DNA from: Vicugna vicugna
Lineage: Eukaryota
NCBI GenBank assembly: GCA_013265495.1
Contig: PNXW01005189.1
Span: 1-64,000 of the forward strand
Length of the DNA stretch: 64,000 nucleotides
Direction of reading: 5' to 3'
The translations under genes were made by a program, and so were the position numbers. Shown here piece after piece: positions 63,451-64,000 of this stretch; within the stretch, counting starts at the first letter, position 1, and every line of letters starts with the position of its first letter. The notes under the pieces are model-generated. The model did no database searches. It was not told the DNA's origin and saw only the letters and a list, made by a program, of their open reading frames with translations.

Positions 63451-64000
63451 ATGAAGTACACATCGCATGGAAAATGACAGCATGCAGACTCAGATTTATG
63501 AAGAAAACTTCTTTTCTCCCATTTCCTTGTTCATCTCAGTGGCTCTGTGTGCATTACTGAATGCCTCCTCCAGGTCTACGGAAACAGAGAGAAAGGTCTG
63601 TGTAAACATAAAGGAAGAATGCATATAAGATGTACATGTAGTAGAAAGTGTACACACTTTTTTCAGCATGTCTATACTCCACAGCTACGAAAACCCAGCC
63701 CTAGATTTTTTGCTACGTTCTAGCTAAATTGGTATTTGAGACTTGATGGACTCATAACACAAAAGTAATGTGTTTTTATAATGGCAGGATTGATTGGATT
63801 TCCTCCCAACCTTGAATGGTTCTCTTTCTCATTTACTAACAGTCTGGGTAAGTGTTGGGACCAAATGTGCTACCCACCTAATACTAACAGGACAGTAAAA
63901 TCACATTTATAATACTGTTGTTTTCCATCCCCGCTGCTGGCAGCCCAAGAGAAGAGAGAGATCCAGTCCAAACTCATTTTCTCAACATTATGCCTTTGTA

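Overview
AT-rich mammalian genomic DNA, most likely from a camelid: it carries three tRNA-derived Vic-1-type SINEs plus young L1 3' ends. No intact protein-coding gene is evident; the ORF-track calls are explained by chance, microsatellites, repeats, or overlap with decayed exons. Much of the window is interspersed repeat (L1, L2, MIR, MaLR/ERVL LTRs, five ERV1-like solo LTRs, MER5A, MER8). The main discovery is a heavily decayed, intron-containing gene on the minus strand from about 44021 to 20547, reconstructed by eye from splice sites and residual domain motifs. In transcript order it reads: a signal-peptide exon with a stop at codon 6; two single-exon C-type-lectin (CTLD) relics; a PAN/apple-like exon; two more CTLD relics; CUB-like segments; EGF-like segments separated by low-complexity stalks; and a possible transmembrane region and tail. 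Several exons are symmetric phase 1-1. I cannot name the gene. It looks like a candidate unitary pseudogene of a mosaic lectin/EGF surface or secreted protein. Domain calls need stop and frameshift corrections and must be confirmed by homology search. Repeat subfamily names are from recall, not from a RepeatMasker run.
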